From: Candidatus Latescibacterota bacterium
GTDB taxonomy: Bacteria > Latescibacterota > UBA2968 > GCA-2709665
Assembly: GCA_965219995.1 (NCBI GenBank)
Contig: CBDCOX010000002.1
Coordinates: 160,001-224,000, forward strand
Reading direction: 5' to 3'
Length of the DNA: 64,000 nucleotides
Within the stretch, counting starts at the first letter, position 1. The number at the start of each line of letters is the position of its first letter. The notes beneath the pieces were generated by a model that searched no databases, was not told the DNA's origin, and saw only the letters and a list, made by a program, of their open reading frames with translations. This document shows positions 28,193 to 39,400 of the stretch, piece after piece. The translations under genes and the position numbers were made by a program.

Positions 28193-29353
28193 TCAGTTCC
28201 CGGCCGCGGCCGCGGCGGCGCGATAGACATCCAGAACGGGGACGTCGCGTTCCACCGCAATACGGGCGCAATCTTCGTATTCGGGCGCGATACGCGTCCT
28301 TCCACCGTAGTCGGCCACCTTTACGGTCACGGGTCCGAACGACGTTTCAACGACCTCGGATCGCCTGGAAACGGTCTGGCGATCGACGCGGCGGATCCGG
28401 ACGCCAAGCGTTGTGGTTTCACGGAAGATCCGGTCCGTGACAGACTGTGTGCAGTCCGGATCGGCGAGGACGCTGAGCATCACTCCAGGGCGTCCCTTTT
28501 TCATGATAACGGGCGTGAGATATGCGTCTCTTGCACCGTCGGCGATCAGACGGTCGATAAGGTAGCCGTAGATTTCAGGCGTCATGTCGTCAATGTTGGT
28601 TTCAATGAGGGTGACGGTGTCCGTCTGCGGGAAGGACCCGGAATCTCCGATTTCCAGACGGAGCAGGTTCGGCAGCTGATCCAGGTCGCGGCTGCCTGCC
28701 CCGTAGCCGATGCGTCGGGCGCGAAAGGGAGGGGTGACGCCGATCTGTTCTGCGAGGGTGGTGAGAATAGCGGCGCCGGTCGGTGTGACCAGTTCAAACG
28801 GGACGTCGGTCCGCTGGACCGGCACGTCTCTGCACAGGGCGACCACGGCGGGAACCGGAACCGGCAGTACGCCGTGGCAACTTCGGGTGGTTCCGTGACC
28901 GAATCGAAGGGGAGAGGCGTAGACCCGTTCGACGCCGAGATGTTCCAGGCCGATAACGGCGCCGGCGATGTCCGCAATGGCGTCCGCTGCGCCGACTTCG
29001 TGAAATTGGACGCGGTCGACGGAAATCCCGTGAACTTCGGCTTCGGCTTCGGCGAGGCGGCGGAAGATGTCGGCGGCCTGTTGTCTGGATCGGCTTGAGA
29101 TTTCCGCGCCGTCGAGTATGCGCAGCACGTCGTTCAATCCTCGATGCGCGTGTCCTTCTTTCGCGACGACGTCGATCTTTGTGGCTGCGATCCCGTGCCG
29201 ATGGACCCTCGTGGCCTGGAGGCGGACGCCATCCAGGCGGAGTTTGTCGAGTTCCGCCTGCAACACCTCGATACTCAGGCCCGCGTCCACAAGCGCGCCG
29301 AGAATCATATCGCCGCTTATGCCCGCGTGGCAGTCGAAGTGTGCAAGTCTCAA
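28193..29353 (-). CDS. larC: Nickel pincer cofactor biosynthesis protein LarC
   Basis: DCHAGISGDMILGAL, FHEVGAADAIADI, ELVTPTGAA, ETNIDD, MKKGRPG, PEYEDC. Confidence 0.93.
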   Translation of the reverse strand: MRLAHFDCHAGISGDMILGALVDAGLSIEVLQAELDKLRLDGVRLQATRVHRHGIAATKIDVVAKEGHAHRGLNDVLRILDGAEISSRSRQQAADIFRRLAEAEAEVHGISVDRVQFHEVGAADAIADIAGAVIGLEHLGVERVYASPLRFGHGTTRSCHGVLPVPVPAVVALCRDVPVQRTDVPFELVTPTGAAILTTLAEQIGVTPPFRARRIGYGAGSRDLDQLPNLLRLEIGDSGSFPQTDTVTLIETNIDDMTPEIYGYLIDRLIADGARDAYLTPVIMKKGRPGVMLSVLADPDCTQSVTDRIFRETTTLGVRIRRVDRQTVSRRSEVVETSFGPVTVKVADYGGRTRIAPEYEDCARIAVERDVPVLDVYRAAAAAAGN

Positions 29354-29515
29354 GTTGAACCCCCTGTGAGGGCCTGCAGACGGCAGGCACGGGCGATGCC
29401 GGTCGACTGCTTCAGGCAGGTATACTCTTCCGGATAACCCTGGGCGTCGATCGAATGGAAACGGGACTCATCGGCGCCGCGGATTCGGTGCGCCGCGGGC
29501 TGCTCGCTCGCGAGT

Positions 29516-30928
29516 TCAATTCGTGCGGGGTTGGCTGCTGCTGGACGAGGAAGGGGGGTGGGGCGATCCGTGTCGGGCCTGCAGGTTGGTCACGAGCGAC
29601 GCCGTCGGGTCGTCGAACAACGCCAGCAGGCGGTCGCGCTGTTGCCTGAAGCCGGCCAGCAATTCCGCGGACAGCGGCCTGGCCCTGGATCCATTGACGA
29701 CTCCGGCAGGGTTGGTGAGGCGATAACCCTTGCCGCTTCTGACGTAGAAATTGTAATGAAGGTGCGGCCCCGTCGAGCGACCGGTCGATCCGACAAAACC
29801 GATGGTCTGCTTCTGTTTGACGTACATGCCCTTCTTCAACCCGCGCGGGAATTTGCTCAGGTGGCCATAGCCGGTCTTGTAGCCGTTTGGATGCCGGATT
29901 TCGACGTAGTTGCCGAGAGCGCCTTTCCAACCCTTGTAGACAACCTTCCCCGGGGCGGTCGCCCAGACTCGCGTGCCGTACGCCGCGGCATAATCGATGC
30001 CGTGGTGCGGCAGGTACTTTTTCAGGATGGGGTGGAAGCGGCGGTTGGTATAACCCGAACTGATCCGGCGGTAGTTGAGGGGAGATTTGAGAAACAGGCC
30101 CCGCAACGACTTGCCGTCCGCATCGTAGTAGGCCACCCGGCCGTCCGGCGATTCAAACCGAAAAGCCTGATGGTTTTTTCGCGCCGTCCGGTATTCGGAC
30201 GAAAGGATGTCCCCATACCGAAGGAATCGGCCGTCCTTGTAGAACTTCTCCAGTGCCAGGGCAAAACGGTCGCCGGCGCGACAATCGACCATGAAGTCGA
30301 TTTCGAATTCGAAGATGCCGGACATCTTTCCGGTCAGCACATCGGCTTCTTCTCCGGTTTCAGACAGGGCGTTCCACAGGGTCGTCCGGACTTCACCTGT
30401 TACGATGGCAACCCGGCGTTCAAGGGGCATGCGTTCTCTGTGCGCGCTCAGGCTACCGTTCTTTCGTGCGGCGACATACCGTGTTTCTACAGCGCTTTTC
30501 TTAATGAACTCAAAGGCCTGAATCGCGCCCAGGCTGTCTATACTCAATGCGTAACGGTCTCCGGTCTGGACGATTCTGGGATCGAATTCCTTCCGGGGAA
30601 TCCCCGTTTTCAAGGCGCTGAGCAACTCGTGGATCCGGGACGGCGCGACGTCCTCACGGTACAGCGCGTCCCAGAATGTCTCTCTATGCCGGATGCGCCC
30701 GACGATTCCCGCGAATTGCGGCTCAGGGTGAGCGGCGATTGACGCGGCAACAGGGGCCGTTTCCGGGACGAGGGCGGGATTTTGCAGGGTCTGGATCTCG
30801 GGCGTCCGGGAAGCCTCGAGCCAGATCAATGCCGCGGGAGCCAGGAAAATCGGAACAAACTTCGCCGGCCTGAACCGCCGACCGAATCGTAAAGGCCGGT
30901 TCGTGCGGTCAGGATTACGTATTCGCAT
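29516..30928 (-). CDS. M23 family peptidoglycan DD-endopeptidase (MepM-like)
   Basis: HHGIDYAA, GYGHLS and STGPHLHY zinc motifs; N-terminal TM; start trimmed to MRIRN. Confidence 0.88.
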   Translation of the reverse strand: MRIRNPDRTNRPLRFGRRFRPAKFVPIFLAPAALIWLEASRTPEIQTLQNPALVPETAPVAASIAAHPEPQFAGIVGRIRHRETFWDALYREDVAPSRIHELLSALKTGIPRKEFDPRIVQTGDRYALSIDSLGAIQAFEFIKKSAVETRYVAARKNGSLSAHRERMPLERRVAIVTGEVRTTLWNALSETGEEADVLTGKMSGIFEFEIDFMVDCRAGDRFALALEKFYKDGRFLRYGDILSSEYRTARKNHQAFRFESPDGRVAYYDADGKSLRGLFLKSPLNYRRISSGYTNRRFHPILKKYLPHHGIDYAAAYGTRVWATAPGKVVYKGWKGALGNYVEIRHPNGYKTGYGHLSKFPRGLKKGMYVKQKQTIGFVGSTGRSTGPHLHYNFYVRSGKGYRLTNPAGVVNGSRARPLSAELLAGFRQQRDRLLALFDDPTASLVTNLQARHGSPHPPSSSSSSQPRTN

Positions 30929-31040
30929 ATGGCTTCGATGCCTGGAAAGCCGGAGGGGATCCGGGGACTTAAGGACAGATCCGGCGGATACAAGCGGAAA
31001 AGTGACGTAACTCGTTGTTCTGAGGGAAGAACGGAGTTTG

Positions 31041-31069
31041 AAGATAGGCCAAAACGCACATTCTGTCAA
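31041..31069 (-). promoter_or_regulatory. sigma70 promoter for the M23 peptidase
   Basis: Minus strand TTGACA-17bp-TATCTT. Confidence 0.55.
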
Positions 31070-31141
31070 CCCAATTTTTCCTTGCCTCGGGAAGGCCGGG
31101 CCATTACCCTCATGTGGGCGACGCAAAAGGAGAGAGGGCAG

Positions 31142-32224
31142 ATGAAGGGTGTTCCGGACAAAGGCAAACGGGTTGAACTGAAGGGATTCTATCCGGACGA
31201 ACTCGAGGAATTCGCGGCTTCGCTCGGTCTGGAGCCCTATCGCGCCCGGCAGATCGCGGCGTGGATCTACAATCGCGGCGCAACCGAATTCGCGAAGATG
31301 ACAGACCTCGCCAGGGCGGTTCGCGCCATGCTGGCGAAGCGCGCGTCGATATTGAATCTGAGCGTGGCGGCGAGGGCGGGCGCCGGTGGCGGCGACACCG
31401 TGAAATACCTGTTTGAACTTCCGGACGGGAAGCGCGTGGAAAGCGTTCTGATGCGCGACGGCAGGCGCCGTACGCTGTGCGTTTCGTCGCAGGCAGGATG
31501 CCCGCTGGATTGTACGTTCTGTGCCACCGGTCGGATGGGGCTGCTCCGCAACCTCTCCGCCGGCGAAATTCTGGATCAGGTGATTTGCGTCCGCCGCGAA
31601 CTGAGAGCGTGCGGAGACGACCTGACCAACGTGGTGATGATGGGAATGGGGGAGCCGCTGTTGAACTACGGGAACGTCGTACGCGCGATCCGGCTGATGA
31701 ATCTGGATTACGGGCTCGCGATCGGAATCCGCAGGATCACGCTCTCCACTGTCGGCTACGTGCCCGGCATATTGAGGTTGGCCGGGGAGGGACTGAAAGT
31801 CGGTCTTGCGGTTTCCCTGAACGCGACCCACGATGAACAGCGCTCGCGAATCATGTCGATCAACCGGCGCTGGCCGATTTCCGAACTCCTGGCCGCCGTC
31901 AGGACCTATCGGCAGCGAGTCGAGCGGCGGGTGACGTTCGAGTATGTTCTTCTGCACGGGTTCAACGATTCGATGGAAGATGCCGGACGCCTGGCCGCAC
32001 TGGTTCGGGATATCGGGTGCAAAATCAACGTCATTCCCTGGAATCCTGTCGATGGCGCGCCATTTGCGCGGCCGCCCGAGGTAGCGGTAGACCGGTTTGT
32101 ACGGGTCCTCAGGAATGCGCATCTGACAACCACGGTACGGCACAGCAAAGGGGTGGACATCGCAGCCGGATGCGGTCAACTCTATATCCATCCCGAGGCC
32201 GCGGAAACCGCTTCGGACCTCTGA
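31142..32224 (+). CDS. rlmN: 23S rRNA (adenine2503-C2) methyltransferase RlmN
   Basis: CVSSQAGCPLDCTFCATG, MGMGEP, DIAAGCGQL. Confidence 0.95.
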   Translation: MKGVPDKGKRVELKGFYPDELEEFAASLGLEPYRARQIAAWIYNRGATEFAKMTDLARAVRAMLAKRASILNLSVAARAGAGGGDTVKYLFELPDGKRVESVLMRDGRRRTLCVSSQAGCPLDCTFCATGRMGLLRNLSAGEILDQVICVRRELRACGDDLTNVVMMGMGEPLLNYGNVVRAIRLMNLDYGLAIGIRRITLSTVGYVPGILRLAGEGLKVGLAVSLNATHDEQRSRIMSINRRWPISELLAAVRTYRQRVERRVTFEYVLLHGFNDSMEDAGRLAALVRDIGCKINVIPWNPVDGAPFARPPEVAVDRFVRVLRNAHLTTTVRHSKGVDIAAGCGQLYIHPEAAETASDL

Positions 32225-32388
32225 ATTGCCCGGCATGCCGGAGCCGGCGCGTACCGGCGCCGCCAGACCGGCCGGTCGAGTGGGACAATTTGCTTGATTT
32301 TTTATAAAGATATGTTATATTGTAACTTACCACGATTTATGCAGAGTGTGGGTTCGATGGACCGAACATCGCCGGAGCACGTGTACTT

Positions 32389-33681
32389 ATGGAACAGTTC
32401 GTAATCGAAGGCGGATTTCCACTTTCCGGAGCCATCACGCCAATCGGAAACAAGAATGCCGCACTGACACTCCTCGCGGCGACGCTGTTGACGGACGAGA
32501 CGGTGGTGTTGAAGAACGCCCCGCCGATTGGAGACGTACTCACGCTGGTCAAGCTCCTCCGCGATCTGGGTGTCTCGGTCCGGCAGACTGGCCGGACCGA
32601 ACTGACCGCGTGCGCCGCCTCGCTGCGTAACACCGCTCTGAATCCCGATCTGTGCAGCAAAGCCCGCGGGAGTATTCTGCTGGCAGGCCCGCTGCTTGCC
32701 AGACACGGTCGTGCCACAACGCCCCGTCCGGGCGGCGACAAGATCGGCCGCCGCCGCCTGGATACCCATCTGCGTGCGCTGGAGGCCCTGGGCGCGTGTA
32801 TCCGTACCAACCACGTCTACGAAATGCGGGCGCCGGGCGGATTGACGGGCGCCGACATTTTTCTGGATGAGCGAAGCGTCACCGGCACGGAGAACGTGAT
32901 CATGGCATCCACGCTGGCCGAGGGCACGACCGTCGTCCGCAACGCCGCGTGTGAACCGCACGTGCAGGAGTTGTGTCATCTGCTCAACGCCATGGGCGCA
33001 CGGATTTCGGGCGTGGGAACGAATGAACTGACCATTGAAGGCGTAAAAACGCTCAGCGGCGGCGAACATACCATCGGACCCGATTATATGGAAGTCGGAA
33101 GCTTCATCGGCCTCGCAGCCGTCACCAGCGGAGAGATACGGATAAGAGACGCCGCGCCGCACCAGATGCGCCGGAGTCTGATGGTATTCGAACGGCTCGG
33201 TGTCGAGGTGGAGATTGACGGAGCCGATATTCTTGTTTCCGATCGACAGAAGCTCGAGATCGTCCGGGACGTCGGAGACGCGATTCCGAAGATTTCCGAC
33301 GATCCCTGGCCCGGTTTTCCAGCTGATCTGATGAGCATCGCGCTTGTGGTGGCCACGCAGGCGCGGGGAACCGTCCTGTTCTTCGAAAAAATGTACGAAA
33401 GCCGCCTCTTCTGGCTGGATCGGCTGATCGAGATGGGCGCCGAGATCATCATCTGCGATCCCCACCGGGCGGTTGTCGTCGGACCGTCGAAGCTATATGG
33501 TGAGCGGATTACAAGTCCCGATATCAGGGCTGGAATGGCGCTGCTGATCGCGAGTCTGTGCGCCGAAGGCCGGAGCGTGATCCGGAACATCGAACAGATC
33601 GATCGCGGGTACGACGCCATCGACGGGCGTCTTCGCGCGCTGGGCGCCCGGATCGAACGCGTCTCCGTACCGCTGGAATGA
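32389..33681 (+). CDS. murA: UDP-N-acetylglucosamine 1-carboxyvinyltransferase
   Basis: [42 protein letters not shown]. Confidence 0.95.
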   Translation: MEQFVIEGGFPLSGAITPIGNKNAALTLLAATLLTDETVVLKNAPPIGDVLTLVKLLRDLGVSVRQTGRTELTACAASLRNTALNPDLCSKARGSILLAGPLLARHGRATTPRPGGDKIGRRRLDTHLRALEALGACIRTNHVYEMRAPGGLTGADIFLDERSVTGTENVIMASTLAEGTTVVRNAACEPHVQELCHLLNAMGARISGVGTNELTIEGVKTLSGGEHTIGPDYMEVGSFIGLAAVTSGEIRIRDAAPHQMRRSLMVFERLGVEVEIDGADILVSDRQKLEIVRDVGDAIPKISDDPWPGFPADLMSIALVVATQARGTVLFFEKMYESRLFWLDRLIEMGAEIIICDPHRAVVVGPSKLYGERITSPDIRAGMALLIASLCAEGRSVIRNIEQIDRGYDAIDGRLRALGARIERVSVPLE

Positions 33682-35054
33682 GTCCCATGGCGTCTGCTCG
33701 CGACATGGCAATCGAAGTGGTCCGGCGCCTCCACGCACACGGGTTCCGGGCGTTGTTGGCCGGCGGGTGCGTACGGGATGTCCTGCTCGGGTTGGAACCC
33801 CGGGATTACGACGTTGCAACCGATGCCGATCCCAATCAGGTGATCGGCATTTTTCCACGCGCCCGGCCCGTGGGCGCGCACTTCGGCGTGGTGGAGGTGC
33901 GGCTTGGGGGGCACGCCTTCGAGGTCGCGCGTTTTCGACGTGATCTGGGCTACAGCGACGGGCGCCACCCCGACGCGGTGGAATTTTCGGACGAAACCGA
34001 AGACGCCCGGCGCCGGGATTTCACCGTAAACGGGATGTTTCTGGATCCCCTGGCGGATCGGGTGCTGGATTACGTGGGCGGACAGGAGGACCTGAAGGAG
34101 AAAGTAATCCGAACCATCGGCGCCGCCGACGATCGGTTTGCGGAAGACCGCCTGCGGATGATGAGGGCCGTGCGATTCGGATGCCGTTTCCACTGGAGGA
34201 TCGACGGCGCCACGTTTTCGGCGATACGGCGTCTGAGCGGGAGCGTCACGGAGGTCAGCAGAGAACGCATCCGGGACGAATTCGTCAGAATACTGATCGA
34301 GGGGGGCGCGCCCCAAGGGGTTAGATGGCTGATCGACTCCGGTCTGATCACCGGCATCGTCCCGGAGTTGCCGGCGCTCGACGGCGTCGCCCAACCACCG
34401 GAGTTTCACCCGGAAGGGGACGTGCTGACCCACACCCTGATCATGCTGGGGTTGATGCGCAATCCGTCGCCGGAATTGGCCATGGCGGTGCTGTTACACG
34501 ACGTGGGCAAGCCCGGCACGTTCGAATCCGCCGACCGTATTCGATTCGACAATCACGCCCGCGTGGGCGCACAGATGACGGAAGCGATATGCCGCCGGCT
34601 TCGGTTTTCCGGGGAGGCGACGCGCCACGTCGTTCGACTGGTGGCGGACCATCACCGCTTTATGCACGTACGTCAGATGCGCAAAAGCAAGCTGAAGCGG
34701 TTCTTGCGGATGGAGCGATTCGAAGAACACCTGGAACTGCACAGGGTCGACTGTCTGTCCAGCCACGGGAATCTGGATAATTACATATTCTGCCGGCAGG
34801 CCCTTGAAACTCTGGAACCCGACGAAATCCGACCCGATCCGCTGATTACGGGCAGGGACCTTATCGAACTCGGCTACACGCCGGGGCCGGCTTTTAAAGC
34901 GGCGCTCCAGGCAGTGGAGGACGGGCAGCTCGAAGGCCGGGTGAAAGACCGTGAAAGCGCGCTGCTCGTCGCACGGGGTCAGATCGACAGCGCGGCGCAG
35001 TCCGTGCGCACGGGTCCGGCCGAGTGCCGGTCCGGCAGGGAAACCCCGGCTTAG
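33678..35054 (+). CDS. cca: CCA tRNA nucleotidyltransferase with HD domain
   Basis: [38 protein letters not shown]. Confidence 0.9.
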   Translation: MSPMASARDMAIEVVRRLHAHGFRALLAGGCVRDVLLGLEPRDYDVATDADPNQVIGIFPRARPVGAHFGVVEVRLGGHAFEVARFRRDLGYSDGRHPDAVEFSDETEDARRRDFTVNGMFLDPLADRVLDYVGGQEDLKEKVIRTIGAADDRFAEDRLRMMRAVRFGCRFHWRIDGATFSAIRRLSGSVTEVSRERIRDEFVRILIEGGAPQGVRWLIDSGLITGIVPELPALDGVAQPPEFHPEGDVLTHTLIMLGLMRNPSPELAMAVLLHDVGKPGTFESADRIRFDNHARVGAQMTEAICRRLRFSGEATRHVVRLVADHHRFMHVRQMRKSKLKRFLRMERFEEHLELHRVDCLSSHGNLDNYIFCRQALETLEPDEIRPDPLITGRDLIELGYTPGPAFKAALQAVEDGQLEGRVKDRESALLVARGQIDSAAQSVRTGPAECRSGRETPA

Positions 35055-35398
35055 CCTCAATGCGAAAAAAAGAACATCGAAAAATTGGCCACAAAAAGCA
35101 CAAAAGGCACAATAAGCATCCGTGAAAAGCGGCGCCGGGGCGCATTGTTGGAACCATCGCCGTACAGCGGCGTTTCCAATTGGAGAAGCCCGCTTTACAT
35201 GAGGAGCTGTCTTAAAATCCCCAGCGGTCTTCGCGCGGCTGCAAAAGCGCCGTTCGGCGTTGGTCAAATCCACCCGTATAATCAAATATGGGCGGATTTT
35301 CCCGTCTTGACCGCCGCTTTTTCGCTCGCGCTCGGGACTCACCAGGAATTTTAAAACAGCTCCTTACCGATTCACTCCTGCTTCGCGACGGGTGTCCG

Positions 35399-35974
35399 AT
35401 GTCCGGCCTGATTCGACTCTCGATGACCATCGCTGTTCTTGCCATCTGGGCTCCGCGGCCCGGCGCGACGACCGTTGTACGGTTCGCGTTCGAATCGCTG
35501 TGTGAAAAAGCGGAGACGATCGCCCACGTTCAGTGCGTGTCGCGCAGAAGTTTCGTGGATGAAGGCCGCGGTGAAATCGTAACGGAGTACCGGTTCCGGG
35601 TGATGACGCCGGTCAAGGGAAATCCCGGCGGCGAAATCGTCCTCACGCTGCCGGGGGGTACCGCCGAAGGCCACAGGCTTTACATACCCGGCATTCCCGA
35701 GTTCGGCGTCGACGAAGAGGCCGTTCTTTTCCTCACGGGCCCGGACATGCACGGATCGCCGTGGCCTCTCGGTCTCGGACAGGGCTGTTACCGCGTACCC
35801 GAAGCCCGGGAGGGCCGCGCGCAGGTCAGGATGCAACCCGGCGCCACGCCTCTGCCTGCGGGAGCGCTCTTCAAGCCCGCTCTCAACCGACCCTTCCGGC
35901 CCTTCAATGTGCCGCTGCAGCATTTTCTTCATCAGATTCGACTGACGATTCCCGAAGGGTCCGACGAGAGGTGA
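35399..35974 (+). CDS. Hypothetical secreted protein
   Basis: Signal peptide then ATTV..; LPGG..G.P.F..EE.VLFL pattern; coding-like codon use. Confidence 0.6.
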   Translation: MSGLIRLSMTIAVLAIWAPRPGATTVVRFAFESLCEKAETIAHVQCVSRRSFVDEGRGEIVTEYRFRVMTPVKGNPGGEIVLTLPGGTAEGHRLYIPGIPEFGVDEEAVLFLTGPDMHGSPWPLGLGQGCYRVPEAREGRAQVRMQPGATPLPAGALFKPALNRPFRPFNVPLQHFLHQIRLTIPEGSDER

Positions 35975-36265
35975 GATGCCGGCGAAACTCCTGCGCCGGT
36001 GAGCGGATGGTTGAAATGTCCGCCGGCTTTTGCATAGCAACAGGCGGTTACGGGATCAACGGATGCATGCTCGCCTTCATCCATTGATCCTTTTTATTTT
36101 GCTTGACTTTGATCCGACATTGTTGCATCATATCGGCGCGGTATTATTGATCCCTTATGTGCGTGTAAAGTTCTGAATTTAAGTGACTTTGGCACATTCG
36201 GCATGCTTCGAGGGCGGCGTTGTGCCCTTTTTTTGTTGGCTTCGAACCGGGAAGGAGGCGCAGTA

Positions 36266-37459
36266 ATGTACAAACTGCATTTTGACATTCGGGACATCTT
36301 TCGGGTGGTTCGGCTCGGATGGTCCGGAAAGAAGATCTGGGTGGGTTTGTGCGGCACGCTGATTGCCTACGCAGGATACTCCATCCTGGCCATTGTCGAC
36401 CACCTTCTGGCAGGGGCCGCGCTCCGGGAGATCTGGCACAAGTACGGCCTCTTTCCCGGTACTGCTCCCTTTCCGGCCACACTGGCCGGCACGGCGATCG
36501 ACGTCGTCGCAATGCTGTACGTCTGGATCGTCGTTCTTTTGATGGTATGCGCGATCTGCAAGATCACCTACCAGCAACTGAAGGGGGATGATTTTTATTC
36601 CTCTGGCGACGCATGGAGATTCATCATTCAGAACTGGGGGGGTGTGGTCTGGGGGCCGGTGGCCACGTTGGCGCTGTTCATCTTCTTCATTGTCGCCGGG
36701 ATCGTCATCGGATGGCTGGCGGGGATGATTCCCTGGGCAGGTGAACTGGCATTCGGGATTCTCTTCATTCCGATCTTCTTCGCCGCGCTGGTCGCTGTCT
36801 TCATTTCAATCGCGTTTGTCGTGTCCATCACCATGGCTCCGGCCGTCGTGGGGACGGTCGGCGAAGATGCGCTCGAGGTGGCGATCCAGTCTTTTTCGTT
36901 GGCCTGGAGCCAGCCCTGGCGGTTGGTACTTTATATGGTCTGGATGAAGATTTCCGTCTCAATAGGGGCCATCTTGCTGGGAATCTTCATGGCCTCCGCA
37001 ATGGGCCTGGTCAGCTGGGCCTGCGGCCTGTTCATGAAGGAGAAACTGGCCAATCTGGTGTACGTCGCGGGTCTGTATGTTCCTTATGACTTCACCCGAA
37101 GCGAATGGCTGTCGATGGACATTACGGCGTTTCTCCCTGCTGCCGGCAACCCGACTGGATCCGAACTGCTGGCTGGCGGCATTCTGGGGGTGATGTTGAT
37201 TCTGCTCACGGCCATCTTCGGCTCTTACGTCCTGTCCGCGTACGCTTCGGGCATCAGCCTGATCTACGTGATTCTCAGGAAGCGCAAGGACGACGAGAAT
37301 CTTCTCGAATGGGAAGACGAAGCGTCGGAGCAGGATGAGGAACAGCCCGGGGATGTGGAGGCGACCGGGAGCAGCGGGGAGGACACGGTTGACGACACGT
37401 CCGCAGCATCGGAGAACGGAGACGGTGAGGCGTCGGACACCGAATCGGAACGGGACTGA
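36266..37459 (+). CDS. Hypothetical polytopic membrane protein with an acidic C-terminal tail
   Basis: AAGGAGG SD; about 7 TM segments; D/E-rich tail. Confidence 0.75.
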   Translation: MYKLHFDIRDIFRVVRLGWSGKKIWVGLCGTLIAYAGYSILAIVDHLLAGAALREIWHKYGLFPGTAPFPATLAGTAIDVVAMLYVWIVVLLMVCAICKITYQQLKGDDFYSSGDAWRFIIQNWGGVVWGPVATLALFIFFIVAGIVIGWLAGMIPWAGELAFGILFIPIFFAALVAVFISIAFVVSITMAPAVVGTVGEDALEVAIQSFSLAWSQPWRLVLYMVWMKISVSIGAILLGIFMASAMGLVSWACGLFMKEKLANLVYVAGLYVPYDFTRSEWLSMDITAFLPAAGNPTGSELLAGGILGVMLILLTAIFGSYVLSAYASGISLIYVILRKRKDDENLLEWEDEASEQDEEQPGDVEATGSSGEDTVDDTSAASENGDGEASDTESERD

Positions 37460-37478
37460 AAACCGGCATTCAGGAAAC

Positions 37479-38474
37479 GTGCTCGCGGACGTGGCGGCGG
37501 ACGCGCGCCTGGCGGAAGGACCGGAAGGCGTTCGACGGATTCTGAGAGCCGTCTATCGGGCAGGTACGCTGCCGGTTCGGGACCTGTCGCGGGAGACGGG
37601 TCTGCCGGTGCCGGTGGTGGCGGCGGTTCGCGGCGAGTTGGAAAAAAGGGGATGGGTGGAGAGGCGAGGGGGAGTCGTCCTTTCTTCAGCCGGTCGGAGT
37701 GCGGTTGAAAAACGCCTGGGTCTGGGTTGCCGCCGCCGGTTTCGAAGGCCGGCTTTTCCCGTGCTGGACGACGAGATGCGTGCAATGCGCGCACGGATGG
37801 AGGCGTTCGCGGAGCGCAGGCCGGTTGTCGACGTGCGGCTGGATCAATCCCATGCGACGGTGGAAACCGCGTTGCGGCGCGCCGTGTATCTGTTTGAGAA
37901 CGACGGGCTCGAAGGACGGGACATCCTGATCCTGGGAGACGACGACCTGACCTCCCTGGCGATCGGCCTCCTGGCGGAATTTCTGGGGGTTTCGGTGCGC
38001 CGGCTGGTCGTGCTTGAATGCGACTCGCGCCTGGTGGCCTTTCTGAACGCCGCGTCGGGTGAAACACAGCAGACCATCGAGGCCGTCGAACACGACTTGA
38101 GAGCCGATCTGCCTGGTGAACTGGTCTCCGGTTTCGATGTGTTCCTTACAGATCCGCCATACACACTTGCCGGGTTGGCGTTGTTCATCTCCCGGGGCGC
38201 AGCCGGGCTTCGGAAGGAGGCGGGCAAGCAGGGCTATATCTGTTTCGGCAGCCGAAGGCCGGAGGAAACGGTAGCCGCCATGGCTGAAATTACGGAAACC
38301 GGGCTTGCCCCGGTCGAAATTATACCGGATTTCAATCGGTACGCGGGCGCCCAGATGCTGGCCGGTGTCAGTCATCTGATTCGCACGGTCTCGACGGCGC
38401 GGCTGACGCCACAGGTCCAGGGGTTCTATGAAGGCGCCCTCTACACGGCCGACCGGACGCGGACGACGGGATGA
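37479..38474 (+). CDS. Branched-chain polyamine synthase BpsA-like (DUF43) protein with an N-terminal HTH-like region
   Basis: LDQ, ILILGDDDLTSLA, FDVFLTDPPYT, FISRG, FNRY motifs; GTG start tentative. Confidence 0.78.
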   Translation: MLADVAADARLAEGPEGVRRILRAVYRAGTLPVRDLSRETGLPVPVVAAVRGELEKRGWVERRGGVVLSSAGRSAVEKRLGLGCRRRFRRPAFPVLDDEMRAMRARMEAFAERRPVVDVRLDQSHATVETALRRAVYLFENDGLEGRDILILGDDDLTSLAIGLLAEFLGVSVRRLVVLECDSRLVAFLNAASGETQQTIEAVEHDLRADLPGELVSGFDVFLTDPPYTLAGLALFISRGAAGLRKEAGKQGYICFGSRRPEETVAAMAEITETGLAPVEIIPDFNRYAGAQMLAGVSHLIRTVSTARLTPQVQGFYEGALYTADRTRTTG

Positions 38475-39400
38475 AACTGCCGTTCACAGCCGAACCCGTT
38501 CACCCCGGGCATACGCGCCGGTTGCAGGGAATATTCGCGTCCGCCCTGAAGAACGCCTGGTGTTACTACGCTCCGTTTATCTGCTGTTTCAGCCTGCCTC
38601 CGGCGCGGGAAGTGTTCGTGGCCGAACACGATGGCGCACTCTGGCTTCCCGTGCGCCGCGCCGCGAGGAACGGCCGCGTCTGGTTCGATTTCGTGGTACC
38701 ACCGATTCCGCTTTGCGCACCGTCTCTCGTTGCGACGCTGAACGAGGTCCGTGCGATCAACGGCGGCCGCTGTCCTCGTATTCTGTGGTTGGATGAGGAG
38801 GACAGGCGGCGCATGCCGCCTGATGGACTGGAAGTAAGGACCAGGTCTCGCGAATATTTGTACGAACCGTCTAAGGTCGTGGCGGCGGCGGGGCGGCCGT
38901 ACCGCGACGTGCGGAAGAAACTCAGGCGCATTCGGAGATACGCGGATCCGCATTTTCGGGAAATGACGCCTGCCGACGTCCCGGCCTGCCACGCGCTGCT
39001 GCGAACCTGGAGGAAACGGCAGGGTCGCAAACGGGAATTCCTGCTTGACTGGGGATATACGCGGTCTGCGCTGTCAAGGTACGGACATTGGAATTCGGAA
39101 GAGCTCCAGGGGTGGTGCGTGGAACTGGATGGCCGGGTCGCGGCTTTCGCGTTCGCCGGACGCATGCACACGGGGCTGGCGAATTTTTTCGTGGCGAAAA
39201 CGGACCCCGACGTCCGGGGACTGTCGGAGTATCTTCGGACAGAGGTCTACCGGGCGCTGATGGACTACGATCTTGTCAATGACGCCGGAGACCTGGGGTT
39301 GCCGGGATTGCGGCAGCACAAGCGGAAGTTCAGGCCCGTCGGGCGGATTCCCGTATACAGCGCATCGTATTCGGTCCCAACACAAGGAGGCGGCACTTGA
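38471..39400 (+). CDS. DUF2156-like (aminoacyl-tRNA-dependent transferase/GNAT-like) protein
   Basis: EYLY, VAAFAF, KTDPDVRGLS, VNDAGDLGLPGLRQHKRKFRP. Confidence 0.72.
   Translation: MKLPFTAEPVHPGHTRRLQGIFASALKNAWCYYAPFICCFSLPPAREVFVAEHDGALWLPVRRAARNGRVWFDFVVPPIPLCAPSLVATLNEVRAINGGRCPRILWLDEEDRRRMPPDGLEVRTRSREYLYEPSKVVAAAGRPYRDVRKKLRRIRRYADPHFREMTPADVPACHALLRTWRKRQGRKREFLLDWGYTRSALSRYGHWNSEELQGWCVELDGRVAAFAFAGRMHTGLANFFVAKTDPDVRGLSEYLRTEVYRALMDYDLVNDAGDLGLPGLRQHKRKFRPVGRIPVYSASYSVPTQGGGT

Noticed and set aside
30929-32236. Extended N-terminus of the 906-aa M23 ORF
   Set aside because: Antisense to rlmN; the promoter at 31041-31069 supports the shorter gene
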